Origin: a virus
IMG/VR virus record: IMGVR_UViG_3300045988_046609
DNA: 64,000 bases
Direction: 5' to 3' (one strand)
This document shows, piece after piece, positions 20,586-30,527 of the stretch (position 1 is the first letter of the stretch; each line of letters begins with the position of its first letter). The notes beneath the pieces are model-generated. The model ran no database searches. It was not told the origin of the DNA and saw only the letters and a list, made by a program, of their open reading frames with translations. Position numbers and translations under genes: made by a program.

Positions 20586-22124
20586 TTAAGGATCTGGCTT
20601 AGCTTTTTTTTCAACCTTATCCTCTTTTGAAGGAAACTCTCCTGTAGTAGGAGTAATTATGCCTTCTTCGTATTCTGCAAGACGATCCATAGGATCACGA
20701 TACAGATTGATAATCTGGCCTATCTTCATACGAACTTCATCTTTAGATGGATGCTGTCCTTCTGGAAAATAGTTCTGACTTACTAGATCAAACTGCTTTT
20801 TTGCAAGTTTGAGTGCTTCTTGTTGTTCACTGTAGTCTTTATCTCCCGGTTTAGATGTTACACCGGCAGAAATAGTATTGAATAAATCATCAATATACTT
20901 TCTACCAACATTTCCAATTACTGCTTGAAGTGCTTTATCGTCAGTTGCCTTCAGATTTTCATCACTCTTAAGTTTGTAACGGAAGTTTTCTTGCAACAGT
21001 ACTTTTAAAGTACTTGCAATCTGTTCTTCACTCCAGCCACATGGTGCCATATGCTTATGTAGTAAGGAATGAGCGGAGACCGGAGAACCCTGTGCAGCAG
21101 TATATAAATATACTGTACGTCCAAGACCATTCATTAGTGGAACACTGTTGATAATATGGAAGATCTCTTCAATCCACTCTGCTACAGTGCGATTGTCAAG
21201 TTCAATCTTCTTTTCTGCATTATCTTCTTTGTTGATACAGTATACACGATACCATTCAACTGTGTTAACAATATTAGTTGCAATATTGCGATCTTTACGC
21301 ATAAGATGATCTAGGACAGCAGCTAATTCTTCAAGAGAATTGATGTCCTTAGGATCAAGCGAAATAGGTTTTGTAGGAGCCTCAGCTTTGTTTTCCTTCA
21401 ACTCATCAGGAATTTTAGTATCTGGAGAATTGAAATCAATTGCTAATTGACCTTCATTCTCTTTTCCCGGAAGTGCTTTAGGTTCAGCTAAAGTAATGCC
21501 AAGAGAATCTGCAATATCCTGCAATCGGAAGATCTGTTCAGCAGGTAGTTTACACACAAACTCACCGGCAGCAGATCGTTCTGCAAATTCATTCTTGATA
21601 TCAATCATTCCAAGCAACCATACTGCGTCGATAGATCGAGCTGTATTTGCATATGATTCTGGACTTTGGTTCTTATACTCTTCATTATTAATGAATCGTT
21701 GATAACCAACATACGCAAGCATTGCTTTCGCATCAGCAGAAGAGCGATTAGATCCAATAGGGATTCCATTTCCTATTGCAGGGATTTTACCAACTTTTTC
21801 TTCCACTTCTGGAATTATTGTAGGAATCTTTGGACTCTTCTTTCCTTTATCAGCCGTTTGTTGGGTAGGCTTCTTTTCTTCCTTTTTCTCCTCCTTCTTA
21901 GTTTCTTTCTTAGAAACTTCCTGACTCTTTTCTTGTTTAGAGTTTGCTGCAGGTTTTGGAGCAGATTTCTTCTCCTGGGTTGCTGAAGTATTATCAGCTA
22001 CTTGCTGAGTATCCTCAGCTTTACTGTTCTCTGATTTAGCATCAGCTGATTTTTTGTCAGCTAGACTTACTTTTGTTGCAACTTTTGCTGCATTTCCTCC
22101 TTTATTATTCTTTGGTTTTGACAT
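20586..22124 (-). CDS. Hypothetical protein (512 aa) with Lys/Glu/Ala-rich low-complexity N-terminus
   Basis: Uninterrupted ORF, TAA stop. Confidence 0.65.
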   Translation of the reverse strand: MSKPKNNKGGNAAKVATKVSLADKKSADAKSENSKAEDTQQVADNTSATQEKKSAPKPAANSKQEKSQEVSKKETKKEEKKEEKKPTQQTADKGKKSPKIPTIIPEVEEKVGKIPAIGNGIPIGSNRSSADAKAMLAYVGYQRFINNEEYKNQSPESYANTARSIDAVWLLGMIDIKNEFAERSAAGEFVCKLPAEQIFRLQDIADSLGITLAEPKALPGKENEGQLAIDFNSPDTKIPDELKENKAEAPTKPISLDPKDINSLEELAAVLDHLMRKDRNIATNIVNTVEWYRVYCINKEDNAEKKIELDNRTVAEWIEEIFHIINSVPLMNGLGRTVYLYTAAQGSPVSAHSLLHKHMAPCGWSEEQIASTLKVLLQENFRYKLKSDENLKATDDKALQAVIGNVGRKYIDDLFNTISAGVTSKPGDKDYSEQQEALKLAKKQFDLVSQNYFPEGQHPSKDEVRMKIGQIINLYRDPMDRLAEYEEGIITPTTGEFPSKEDKVEKKAKPDP

Positions 22125-22183
22125 TTTGATAATGCTTTAAATTGTTAGTAAATAAGTTAATTTTAATAGTGTTTTTAGAGAGG

Positions 22184-22558
22184 TCAACTATCATCCTCTA
22201 TGTCAGGTGAATCTCGTCCCTTAGTGATATGATTGCTAACTAATATGTCTGACATAAACGGTTCAGTAAATAATGCAATGTAACTCACAGCTCCTGGACG
22301 GCTAGTAGAACCTTCTGTCACTGTTACTACGCACTGTGTGCATGCATCATTTCCGTTGTCAACAATATCAATTAGCTGAGTAATAGAAGCTGTTATTCCT
22401 GTCTTTTTAGACTGTTTTACAGCTTCTTTACTCAACATACCTACTAATAGACCAGCCATAATGGCAGACATAAATATCCACCACATTTTTGTACTACGAA
22501 AAATTCGAGTACAAACAAATGCTACTATAAGTAACACAATAATCCATGCTGCTGTCAT
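22184..22558 (-). CDS. Membrane protein (2 predicted TM helices) immediately downstream of the sigma factor
   Basis: Hydrophobic segments AAWIIVLLIVAFVCTRIF and WWIFMSAIMAGLLVGML. No recognisable anti-sigma domain. Confidence 0.5.
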   Translation of the reverse strand: MTAAWIIVLLIVAFVCTRIFRSTKMWWIFMSAIMAGLLVGMLSKEAVKQSKKTGITASITQLIDIVDNGNDACTQCVVTVTEGSTSRPGAVSYIALFTEPFMSDILVSNHITKGRDSPDIEDDS

Positions 22559-22569
22559 AATTAGTAAAT

Positions 22570-23136
22570 TTAGTTGTTGTTTAACAATTGTTTTAATTTA
22601 TCTCTAGCTTTATTAAGCTGAGATTTTACTTGAGACTCAGAAAGTCCCAATTGTTCAGAGATTTCTTTGTAAGACAAACCTTGAACAGTTCGTAGTTCAA
22701 TTATATTTCTGTACTTAAAACGAAGTCGCGACAAGGCACTATCTAGAGCATCACTTGTCTCTGCAAAGACATAATCGTCTTCTGGAGAGTAACTGGCCTG
22801 GTTACTCAATTGCAAAGAGTTGGCATCGTCGTCAATCCAATAGTTCGCTTTTTCTTTTTTCATACGTCTGATATAATCAATACTACTATTTATAGCTATA
22901 GTTTTTAACCACATTTCAAATGAAATATTGTTAACATAACTATCTAGCTTACTAAAGGCTTTAATAAATGTAACAGATAATAAATCATCTGCTACATCTC
23001 TATTCTTTACTATATTGTATATAGTAAGATATATAGTTCTTTCAAATCTATTATAAAGCCTTGTGAAGGCAGATTGTTTGCCTTCTCTCGCCTGTTTGAT
23101 CAGTTCAAAAATCTGTTGTTTTTCTAAATCTGTCAT
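22570..23136 (-). CDS. ECF-type sigma-70 family RNA polymerase sigma factor
   Basis: Region 2-like FTRLYNRFERTIYLTIYNIVKNRDVADDLLSVTFIKAF...WLKTIAINSSIDYIRR. Region 4 HTH LSYKEISEQLGLSESQVKSQLNKARDKLKQLL. Confidence 0.85.
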   Translation of the reverse strand: MTDLEKQQIFELIKQAREGKQSAFTRLYNRFERTIYLTIYNIVKNRDVADDLLSVTFIKAFSKLDSYVNNISFEMWLKTIAINSSIDYIRRMKKEKANYWIDDDANSLQLSNQASYSPEDDYVFAETSDALDSALSRLRFKYRNIIELRTVQGLSYKEISEQLGLSESQVKSQLNKARDKLKQLLNNN

Positions 23137-23220
23137 AATTACGGGCTCTAGTAGATATAAGTTTGATAAAAACTTGTATCTATTTCTTAGTGAATATAGG
23201 GCTAATCAAAGCCCTATATC

Positions 23221-23604
23221 CTAGAATGGTACACCTACAATCCAGCGGCAGTACCAATTTATATAGCTCTGATAGAATTGCTTATAAGAATCCCATATAC
23301 ACTCCATGAATTCTCTTTTTAAATCAGGAGATAGAGTATCAGGTGATATCTTATTAATCATTCCACAAACTATTCTTATTCTCACGTCTAAAGTAGATTT
23401 TTTTTCACAGTTTATTTTACATAATACATTAGTATCAAACCAATATATTATATGATTAATTGGTTTAGTATCTCTGAAAGTTTTGTTCTTAACTTCTTTA
23501 TCTCCAAGGTTAAGAAAAATTCTCCAGCTTTCTCTCCAATTAAACTTTTTGTACTGTATTCCCCAAGGAGTATATGCTCGATTAGTTAAACTATATGCGA
23601 CCAT
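23221..23604 (-). CDS. Hypothetical protein (127 aa), terminates in TAG
   Basis: ORF; stop TAG (cta 23221-23223). Confidence 0.5.
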   Translation of the reverse strand: MVAYSLTNRAYTPWGIQYKKFNWRESWRIFLNLGDKEVKNKTFRDTKPINHIIYWFDTNVLCKINCEKKSTLDVRIRIVCGMINKISPDTLSPDLKREFMECIWDSYKQFYQSYINWYCRWIVGVPF

Positions 23605-24049
23605 GTTTCCTTAGTTTATTGATAATCTGTAACACAATAACGTGAGCTTGTGGTATAGACCATTCTGTTTTACTTACGATATACATTTTAGTTGCCCATA
23701 TTCCTTTACCAGGAGTACGAGCATCTTCAATGTATCTTTGTGTGAAATCCTCAAATTGTTCATCGGTTATATCTGGTATTTTAACTCCACGAGTTGATTT
23801 ACGACGAGAGGGTAGATCACAAACCTCTGAGTATTCATATTCAAAGAATATGAATTTATCAGGTTCTGTTAATACTGCTTGAATCTCATAAGATTCTTCA
23901 GTAACCACATGAAATAATCCTTTTTGAATAAGGTCATTCATTACTAACGCATTTGGTATACGTAGCATTGGAGCTTCACCAATAACATTTGCGAGAAGTT
24001 CAAAATCTTCTCCTATGATACGGTAAATTCCAGGATGATTTAGTTTCAT
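23591..24049 (-). CDS. Hypothetical protein (152 aa), terminates in TAG
   Basis: ORF; stop TAG (cta 23591-23593). Confidence 0.55.
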   Translation of the reverse strand: MKLNHPGIYRIIGEDFELLANVIGEAPMLRIPNALVMNDLIQKGLFHVVTEESYEIQAVLTEPDKFIFFEYEYSEVCDLPSRRKSTRGVKIPDITDEQFEDFTQRYIEDARTPGKGIWATKMYIVSKTEWSIPQAHVIVLQIINKLRKHGRI

Positions 24050-24231
24050 AGTTTATTCAATTCTTTTCTAAAGTTATCTACTACACCTGCTACTTCATAT
24101 TGTTTAAGTTCAGGATATAATTTCATAATCTTGGCAATTGCCTCGATGTCTGAGCGGCAAGAGTTTAATAATTTGATAAACTCTGTTTTTTCATGTTTGG
24201 ATTCAAACCAAGCAAAATATCTTATCTGCAT
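24046..24231 (-). CDS. Hypothetical protein (61 aa)
   Basis: ORF with 4-nt overlaps to both neighbours. Confidence 0.45.
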   Translation of the reverse strand: MQIRYFAWFESKHEKTEFIKLLNSCRSDIEAIAKIMKLYPELKQYEVAGVVDNFRKELNKL

Positions 24232-24500
24232 GCTTCTATGTATTCTTTGATTTTATCATCTAATACCTTCCATTTATTTAAATCAATATCTGTTGCATCT
24301 ACTAAATAGTATATTGCACAAGTTGATCTAAATACACCACGAATGTAGTTTATTCCCTCTTTATAATGATATTTATTCTTATAAATTCTGGGAACATTTG
24401 CATGTAGACGAGTTATTAACTCTGTCTTCATCTTCAGTTCAGTTGCAGCTTTCTCCCAAGATTCTGGTAGATTAGCTCTAATAAAGTTCATTAATCCCAT
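24222..24500 (-). CDS. Hypothetical protein (92 aa)
   Basis: ORF, TAA stop. Confidence 0.5.
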   Translation of the reverse strand: MGLMNFIRANLPESWEKAATELKMKTELITRLHANVPRIYKNKYHYKEGINYIRGVFRSTCAIYYLVDATDIDLNKWKVLDDKIKEYIEACR

Positions 24501-24535
24501 TTCAAATTAATTTATTGATTAAACTTAATTTATTT

Positions 24536-24562
24536 GTAGCATTAGAGGGATTTGAACCCTCT
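24536..24562 (-). other. tRNA 3'-half-like fragment (T arm plus 3' acceptor strand)
   Basis: Minus strand reads GAGGG-TTCAAAT-CCCTC-TAATGCT-A. I could not fold a complete cloverleaf from the upstream sequence. Confidence 0.4.
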
Positions 24563-24975
24563 ACAGCTCTTACGTCTGATCTAGCCTGATATGCTTAACC
24601 TCACTAATTTTTAAAGTAGACTTAACTACCGGCTAGTTACAACCGGGCTTTTTACGACATTAGCTTAGCCGTTCAGATTACTTCACGCTACTAAGCGTGT
24701 ATAATCCATTACATAACTTGTATTGCCAGTTATCTGCTTATTGACCTATTCTACTTCACATTGTTGCAATCAAAACCACAATACCCCGAATCTACCGTTC
24801 TAAGATTTAAGAACTTGGCACACGGTAGAACACGATCAAATACCCTAGTTCTTTTCCTTAGTATTGCTTTGAAGCTCTAGGTGAGCGTGGAGTATGAGGG
24901 AGTCGTCTTATTTATACATTTTTATTAACCTTTCTCCACATAAATCGTTTAACTGTTTAAACTAAAATTAATACT

Positions 24976-25581
24976 ATGCAAAAGTATAAATTACATAGAA
25001 GTTTAATTACTGTTATATGTGATCAATGCGGTAAAGAATATCTTAAACCTTTATCTGAGTATAAAAGAAATAAAGAATTAGGACGTCATAGTTTTTGTTC
25101 TAGATCTTGTTCTTGTAAATATAATTGTGTTCATTCATCTAATAAAATGCTAGAATATTCTAGATCAGAAAAAAATAAACAACGTTTAAGGTCTCTAAAT
25201 GAAATAAAACGCTTAAAACGTCCAGAAGCAGTATTTTCATATTGCCTACGAAACTGTAGAAAACGATATAAGGAGTGTACTATTACATTAGAAGACTTAC
25301 AAGAACAATGGAATAAACAAAAAGGTATATGTCCTTATTCTGGAATATCTTTATTAGTTCCTACATATAAGAAAAATCATAATAATCCAATATATAGTGC
25401 ATCAGTTGATAGAATTGATAGTACTAAAGGTTATATTCCTGGTAATATTCAATTTGTATCTACATGCATTAATTATATGAAGAATACTATGTCTGATGAA
25501 GAAACAAGGTTTATGTGTAAATGTATTGCAGAATATTTCTATTCTGAAGGGACTATTTCATCATCTGTCATTACTGCTTAA
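24976..25581 (+). CDS. HNH-family (beta-beta-alpha-Me) nuclease-like protein with N-terminal Cys-rich zinc ribbon
   Basis: 201-aa ORF on the opposite strand to all neighbours. It has CDQCGK...CSRSC, then ICPYSG...ASVDRIDSTKGYIPGNIQFVSTCINYMKN. No in-frame TAG, TAA stop. Confidence 0.5.
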   Translation: MQKYKLHRSLITVICDQCGKEYLKPLSEYKRNKELGRHSFCSRSCSCKYNCVHSSNKMLEYSRSEKNKQRLRSLNEIKRLKRPEAVFSYCLRNCRKRYKECTITLEDLQEQWNKQKGICPYSGISLLVPTYKKNHNNPIYSASVDRIDSTKGYIPGNIQFVSTCINYMKNTMSDEETRFMCKCIAEYFYSEGTISSSVITA

Positions 25582-26261
25582 GATGTCGGACGCTCTAGCT
25601 GGTTATTAAGGAAACTATATTCCTCCAGTAGTCTCTGCACTTTTATAGAGTGTACTCTATACTTAGCTCAAGATTAGCATGAATAAAGCTAGTTTTGAGC
25701 TTTATTTTTAGCTTTCCTTGAATTCATCCGATTATTCAATATACATTTCTGTATAAGGGGTCCGAATTTCACAAACCCTCGTCTTACAACTGATTCATAG
25801 ACCTAACAGTCAATTGTGACTATGTAGGCGACCAAACCTACATAGCCTTTGGTCTTTTAAATTATTTTACTTATAAGTTTTGATAACTGATCATTTATAG
25901 ACTAGTACAGAAGTATTACTACTCAACATTTGCTATAATGTTTGCCGATTTGATATCATAAGAATGCTATTTGCATAATATACTCTTTGAGTATAGATTC
26001 AATACTATATATTGCGCAATTATTATAATACATCCTCACGATCTTAGGCACTTGATCAGTGGCACGTTTTCTAGTCCAACTCCAGTATTGAATAGTTCTC
26101 ACTATCGTACATTTGTTTGTTTCCTGTCAATTCAGGATGAAGCTGCTTATTGTAGATACCGATGTACATGGATCTCACCATTTGCTTTCAATCTTCTTCG
26201 GATTCTCTATAGAATTAATATCTCTATTATTCAAGTATCTTTCCTGGACCTTGTGTGGCTA

Positions 26262-26726
26262 TTATCTTCCGACGATTGCATCGTCATAACGCCAACTGTA
26301 TCTTGCTTCCGGATACTGGTTGTCGAGTGCATTACAGGTTTCCTCATACCATTTGTCGTTTTCACGCAATGCTTTTACTGCAATGTTTTTGGCTTCTGTT
26401 GCCTGTTTCTGGAACTCAGTAGTAGACAGAGTTGCATTTCCGGATTTGAGATCTTCTACCAGAGCAGTATACTTCTTTAAGTATTCTACTTTGATATTTG
26501 CCTCTTTCTTTGTCTTTTTCATAGACAATACCATACGCTTGTGCGTATAATCAGCCTTGTTTACAATTGAAATTAACTCTTTCGTTAACTGCTCTTTCTT
26601 TGCTTCTGCAACTTTTTTTGCAGCTGCTTCTGCAATTTCAGCAGTTACTACTGCACCATTTTTGATAACATCCTCGATGTTTTCAGTAGACAGAATATCT
26701 GCTACTTTTACTTCTTCTTTTGCCAT
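26262..26726 (-). CDS. Ala/Lys/Glu-rich hypothetical protein (154 aa)
   Basis: Uninterrupted ORF, TAA stop. Confidence 0.6.
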   Translation of the reverse strand: MAKEEVKVADILSTENIEDVIKNGAVVTAEIAEAAAKKVAEAKKEQLTKELISIVNKADYTHKRMVLSMKKTKKEANIKVEYLKKYTALVEDLKSGNATLSTTEFQKQATEAKNIAVKALRENDKWYEETCNALDNQYPEARYSWRYDDAIVGR

Positions 26727-26965
26727 TTCTTGATAATGTTTAAAGATTGATACTATTATTAATTAACACTAAGTTTTAAATTAAAAAAAGAACTGTTCTG
26801 CATATTTGTATACCTTATTTTGCAGATAACCCCTATCCTTCTTCTATCCTATTAGGATTGCCGTTGTATAGCCATTGTACTCTAGTTCTTACGAACTTCC
26901 ATTAGGGTTCTGGTATATTTACAGTTCTTTTGGGTTGATTAGAATCCACCATACTAACAATTTAA

Positions 26966-27148
26966 TTAGTAGTATATAACAGCGGGCAGAGGCTCTGGCG
27001 GAACCTCTTGCTTGTTATTCGTTGTCATTCTGAGTTTACACTCAAGATCACATTCACTACAGTTGATAATATTATCTTGTGTAGGACATTCGTTAGAAAT
27101 CGAATTTGAAGTTTTCATGATCATCTCGACCAAATAAGTGTTTGACAA
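26966..27148 (-). CDS. Small Cys-rich hypothetical protein (start uncertain)
   Basis: ORF overlapping the end of 27093-27500, with CPTQDNIINCSECDLEC. Confidence 0.3.
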   Translation of the reverse strand: MSNTYLVEMIMKTSNSISNECPTQDNIINCSECDLECKLRMTTNNKQEVPPEPLPAVIYY

Positions 27149-27500
27149 TCATAGGCTTACATATTCTTACAAATTCTTTTGCTGTATCTTTGTCTTTGAA
27201 TTCCAAAGAAGTACCGACATAGGCAAAAGCAGCGCCAAGCGCACTGCTAGAATCCAAACGGAGCAAACCGGAAGGTTTTCTGTTATCTGTACAATTCCAA
27301 CCCCATACGTAATATCTTACCTCTCTTGGATCCATTGTTGTAGGTTTCCAGCCTTCATTTAAAGCTTTTGCAATGGTTTCTAACTTGATGAAATTCCTAG
27401 TTTCATCTGTTAATTTGTAGCTTTTATAATTAGCTACAGGACGAAGACCTAGTATTTTACATGCGTCTTCATAAGGTTTTTCTTTACTTAATTTAATCAT
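27093..27500 (-). CDS. Hypothetical protein (135 aa)
   Basis: Uninterrupted ORF. Confidence 0.55.
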   Translation of the reverse strand: MIKLSKEKPYEDACKILGLRPVANYKSYKLTDETRNFIKLETIAKALNEGWKPTTMDPREVRYYVWGWNCTDNRKPSGLLRLDSSSALGAAFAYVGTSLEFKDKDTAKEFVRICKPMIVKHLFGRDDHENFKFDF

Positions 27501-27596
27501 GCCTTTTTGCGATTATAAGGTTCCATTTTCTTATGCTTAGGACGTTTTTTATATTCCGTCTTAGTTTTTACTTCTTTCTCCTTATCTTTTCCCATA

Positions 27597-28082
27597 TTAA
27601 ACAAGTTCTACTACGTCGTTGATTTCTTTTATATACTTACCTATATTCTCTAGATGAAAATCTTTTAGAACATTTATTACAACTGATTTGTTAGTTTTTA
27701 CTCCTACTCCTTTTACTAAGTAAGTTATGACTTCTTTATGATCAGTTCTAAACGTACTGTCATTTACAAAATACTTGATAAACTCAAGTTTAAAGTCTTC
27801 AACAGTATGAAACAATATTGGATCTCCAACTGTTTCATGTATCTTATTACAGAAGGATATCAATTTGTTTTTAAATGTATTTACGCCTTTAAATGTGTTA
27901 TCATCTATATTAGGCATCATTAACTTAAGTAAATCAGTTTCATCGTATGTCTCTACATTAAGAGCATTTGCTCCTTCAGCATCTGTATTAGTACACACAG
28001 TAGATATGATATCTTTAATCAAATCTTCTTCATGTTTATTACTTCGGTAATTACCGTTGATTAAAATTAATACTGCTTTCAT
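27597..28082 (-). CDS. Hypothetical protein (161 aa)
   Basis: Uninterrupted ORF. Confidence 0.55.
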   Translation of the reverse strand: MKAVLILINGNYRSNKHEEDLIKDIISTVCTNTDAEGANALNVETYDETDLLKLMMPNIDDNTFKGVNTFKNKLISFCNKIHETVGDPILFHTVEDFKLEFIKYFVNDSTFRTDHKEVITYLVKGVGVKTNKSVVINVLKDFHLENIGKYIKEINDVVELV

Positions 28083-28084
28083 AA

Positions 28085-28330
28085 TTATTGATTAATTATT
28101 GTTATTTCTATCTCATATTCATCTAACTGATTTTTAATTTCATCAGTAGATAATTCTGAGTTAATTTCAAAGTGTGGATTTAACTCCACTGTTACACCTG
28201 GTTTGCTTCTAGCTATAGGTTTAGCTATGCTTATAGGCATTCCTAGTATGCTTTTTAATCCTAATAGGATTGCCAGAAATTGGTCACTATGCTGTGTTAC
28301 AGAAGTGACATACCTCTTGTTTTTATTCAT
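28085..28330 (-). CDS. Hypothetical protein (81 aa)
   Basis: ORF tightly packed behind 27597-28082. Confidence 0.45.
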   Translation of the reverse strand: MNKNKRYVTSVTQHSDQFLAILLGLKSILGMPISIAKPIARSKPGVTVELNPHFEINSELSTDEIKNQLDEYEIEITIINQ

Positions 28331-28826
28331 TTTACATAGGCTTTAAATTGTTAGTTAATAAAATTGATGACGTTACTCTAGGGTATTCTAGAGTAAGAAA
28401 CACATCTGTTAACGAATGATTCAAGTTATAATACCATAACTTTGAGACTAATACTAAAATGATTTCAAATGCACTTAACGCTTTGTGTTAATAAAGAAAA
28501 TCAAATTTTAACATTACTTGTTAGAGTTTTATTCTATGACTCTCATATGTTTTAGGATTACTCCAGAGTACATACAGAAATAGCTGTCAAACTAAATCTT
28601 AGAACTCACCTGATTTTTACGTCCGCACGATCGTAAGCACAAATACGAGTATTTCTATACTTATCTTATCGTATTTAGTACAGTATAGATATGCACTTAC
28701 TTACGCCCCACAGGCTTGTCATCTTCTGAAGACTAACCTATTCTCACGAACCAGTTAGCTATAAATTCACATTTAACTATTAATCTTAATAAATCTTTGT
28801 TAAATACTACTATGCATATACTTTCT

Positions 28827-29276
28827 CTAACGCTTTAGAGAATCACGAGGATTCTTCACAGAATCTGTTGGGGTAATTATATCACGTTGAATAACTGCGC
28901 CTTTAAGTATATCTTTAAAATGAGATTTGTTTGATTCATATATGGTAACTATGTCTCTATTAGACAATGATGTACCATGAGTCATCAAAATATCAATTAA
29001 GATTGCATCTGGCATTGCTAAAAATATACTATCAATGCGCATTCCCTCTTTTACGTCTTCTCTAAATTTGAGAACTTCCTGTATAGTTAATACAGGTTCT
29101 ACTGCTTTCACAGTATCAATGCAAACTGATTCGTCTTCTGACGTAACAATTTTAGCAATAGGTTCATGACACATAAACACTATTACTCCAGTAGCGATTA
29201 CAGCTGCAATAGCTACTAATAACCACCAAAATCCCTTTGATGATTTTCTTAATACTGGATATTGATTATCTTCCAT
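28827..29276 (-). CDS. Membrane-anchored hypothetical protein (149 aa), terminates in TAG
   Basis: TM segment FWWLLVAIAAVIATGVIVFM. Stop TAG (cta 28827-28829). Confidence 0.5.
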   Translation of the reverse strand: MEDNQYPVLRKSSKGFWWLLVAIAAVIATGVIVFMCHEPIAKIVTSEDESVCIDTVKAVEPVLTIQEVLKFREDVKEGMRIDSIFLAMPDAILIDILMTHGTSLSNRDIVTIYESNKSHFKDILKGAVIQRDIITPTDSVKNPRDSLKR

Positions 29277-29462
29277 TTAACCCTCCGTTTCTTCGTACAA
29301 TGATTGAACAACTTGGATACTTTCAGTTACTACAAATATTCTGTCTGAAGAACCTATTTCGGTATTTCCGTCACATACTTCTGCATAACAGAATCCGTCA
29401 CTAGCAATGAGAATTTCTTCTCCTGTCTCTTTGTCATGTACAATAAAACTTTTCTTTTTCAT
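29277..29462 (-). CDS. Hypothetical protein (61 aa)
   Basis: ORF abutting 28827-29276. Confidence 0.45.
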   Translation of the reverse strand: MKKKSFIVHDKETGEEILIASDGFCYAEVCDGNTEIGSSDRIFVVTESIQVVQSLYEETEG

Positions 29463-29488
29463 TTTGATAATGTTTTAATAGTTAATAA

Positions 29489-29788
29489 TTATTTAATAGT
29501 ATCACCAACAAAGTATACATTCATATATAAGTAATCTGTAACGTATACTTTATATTCTTGATCAGTAATTGGATTTACTAAACGAAATACATAATCAGTT
29601 TCACTTTCTTGAAATTTATCTGAGACTATATAACGTTTATACCGCATTTGCAAATCCACAAAGTTATATGGATCTTTAGGAACATATTCTTTAAACATAT
29701 AACAAATAATTATAATAGTTATAGATACTATTAATAATTTACTTATTCTGTTAAGAATATCAAAGTGACTTTTTACGCGTACTACCAT
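29489..29788 (-). CDS. Membrane-anchored hypothetical protein (99 aa)
   Basis: Hydrophobic segment LLIVSITIIIICYMF. Confidence 0.45.
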   Translation of the reverse strand: MVVRVKSHFDILNRISKLLIVSITIIIICYMFKEYVPKDPYNFVDLQMRYKRYIVSDKFQESETDYVFRLVNPITDQEYKVYVTDYLYMNVYFVGDTIK

Positions 29789-29866
29789 ATTATTTATTTA
29801 TTTCTTTCCATAACATAATACATTCATACACTACAACTACTACTACTACAATAGTAGCTGCAATAG

Positions 29867-30148
29867 TTATTGTTGCGAACCACATTTATCACAGATTTCA
29901 TTATAGATATCTTCCCAGAATTTAAAACCTTCTTTAGTATACATCCAAGGAAATGAGCATATTAGTATTCTACTTATTGGTCTAATACTAAATAACCTAA
30001 TCGCATTATCATTATAATTTGTAGTAATTTCTCTCTTAATAATTAAGTTAGAGATATAAGAGGATAATGCATTATTTCTAATTAATGTAATTAATAGTAA
30101 ATAAGGCATATTGACCACAATAAGATGTCTTTTACTGTTTTTCTTCAT
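29867..30148 (-). CDS. Hypothetical protein (93 aa)
   Basis: ORF, TAA stop. Confidence 0.4.
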   Translation of the reverse strand: MKKNSKRHLIVVNMPYLLLITLIRNNALSSYISNLIIKREITTNYNDNAIRLFSIRPISRILICSFPWMYTKEGFKFWEDIYNEICDKCGSQQ

Positions 30149-30527
30149 ATATACTTTGATTATTGATTAATACTCTTAAATAATTTAAATACATTAGCTT
30201 CACATGCAAACTAGGAAGGTTTGTTTTTTAACATGTTACTAGACTCTATCACCACGATGAGGTTGTATTTATTGATAGAGAATACTACTACAATACCTTA
30301 TTAGTATTAGGTTTTACATGTAGTAGTTAGATACGTGACATCGTATATAATATTTTAATTAGTAATCAAATAAAATAAAGTAAGCGCATTAATATAATAA
30401 CTAGGTATATAAAGATATATTAGATATCTCATTTGAAAAAGTTATTATAAGCTATGCTAAGAGCTATCTTGGAGATCTCGTTTTCTCTTACTTTGGTTGC
30501 ATTAAAGTTAGCAGTCTTTCTAAACTG

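Noticed and set aside
24536-25975. Split tRNA interrupted by a group I intron carrying the HNH ORF
   Set aside because: The T arm and 3' acceptor strand are clear. However, no complementary 5' acceptor strand with a D arm exists in the island; the best candidate, agcattc at ~25961, lacks a D stem. The HNH ORF is also on the opposite strand to the tRNA fragment. I kept it as an open question in the findings, not as a feature.
25971-26480. 169-aa + strand ORF in the track
   Set aside because: It lies partly antisense to the well-formed minus gene 26262-26726. Its composition is Cys/Phe/Ile/Leu-rich and looks like AT-rich non-coding or antisense sequence. It has no typical leader.
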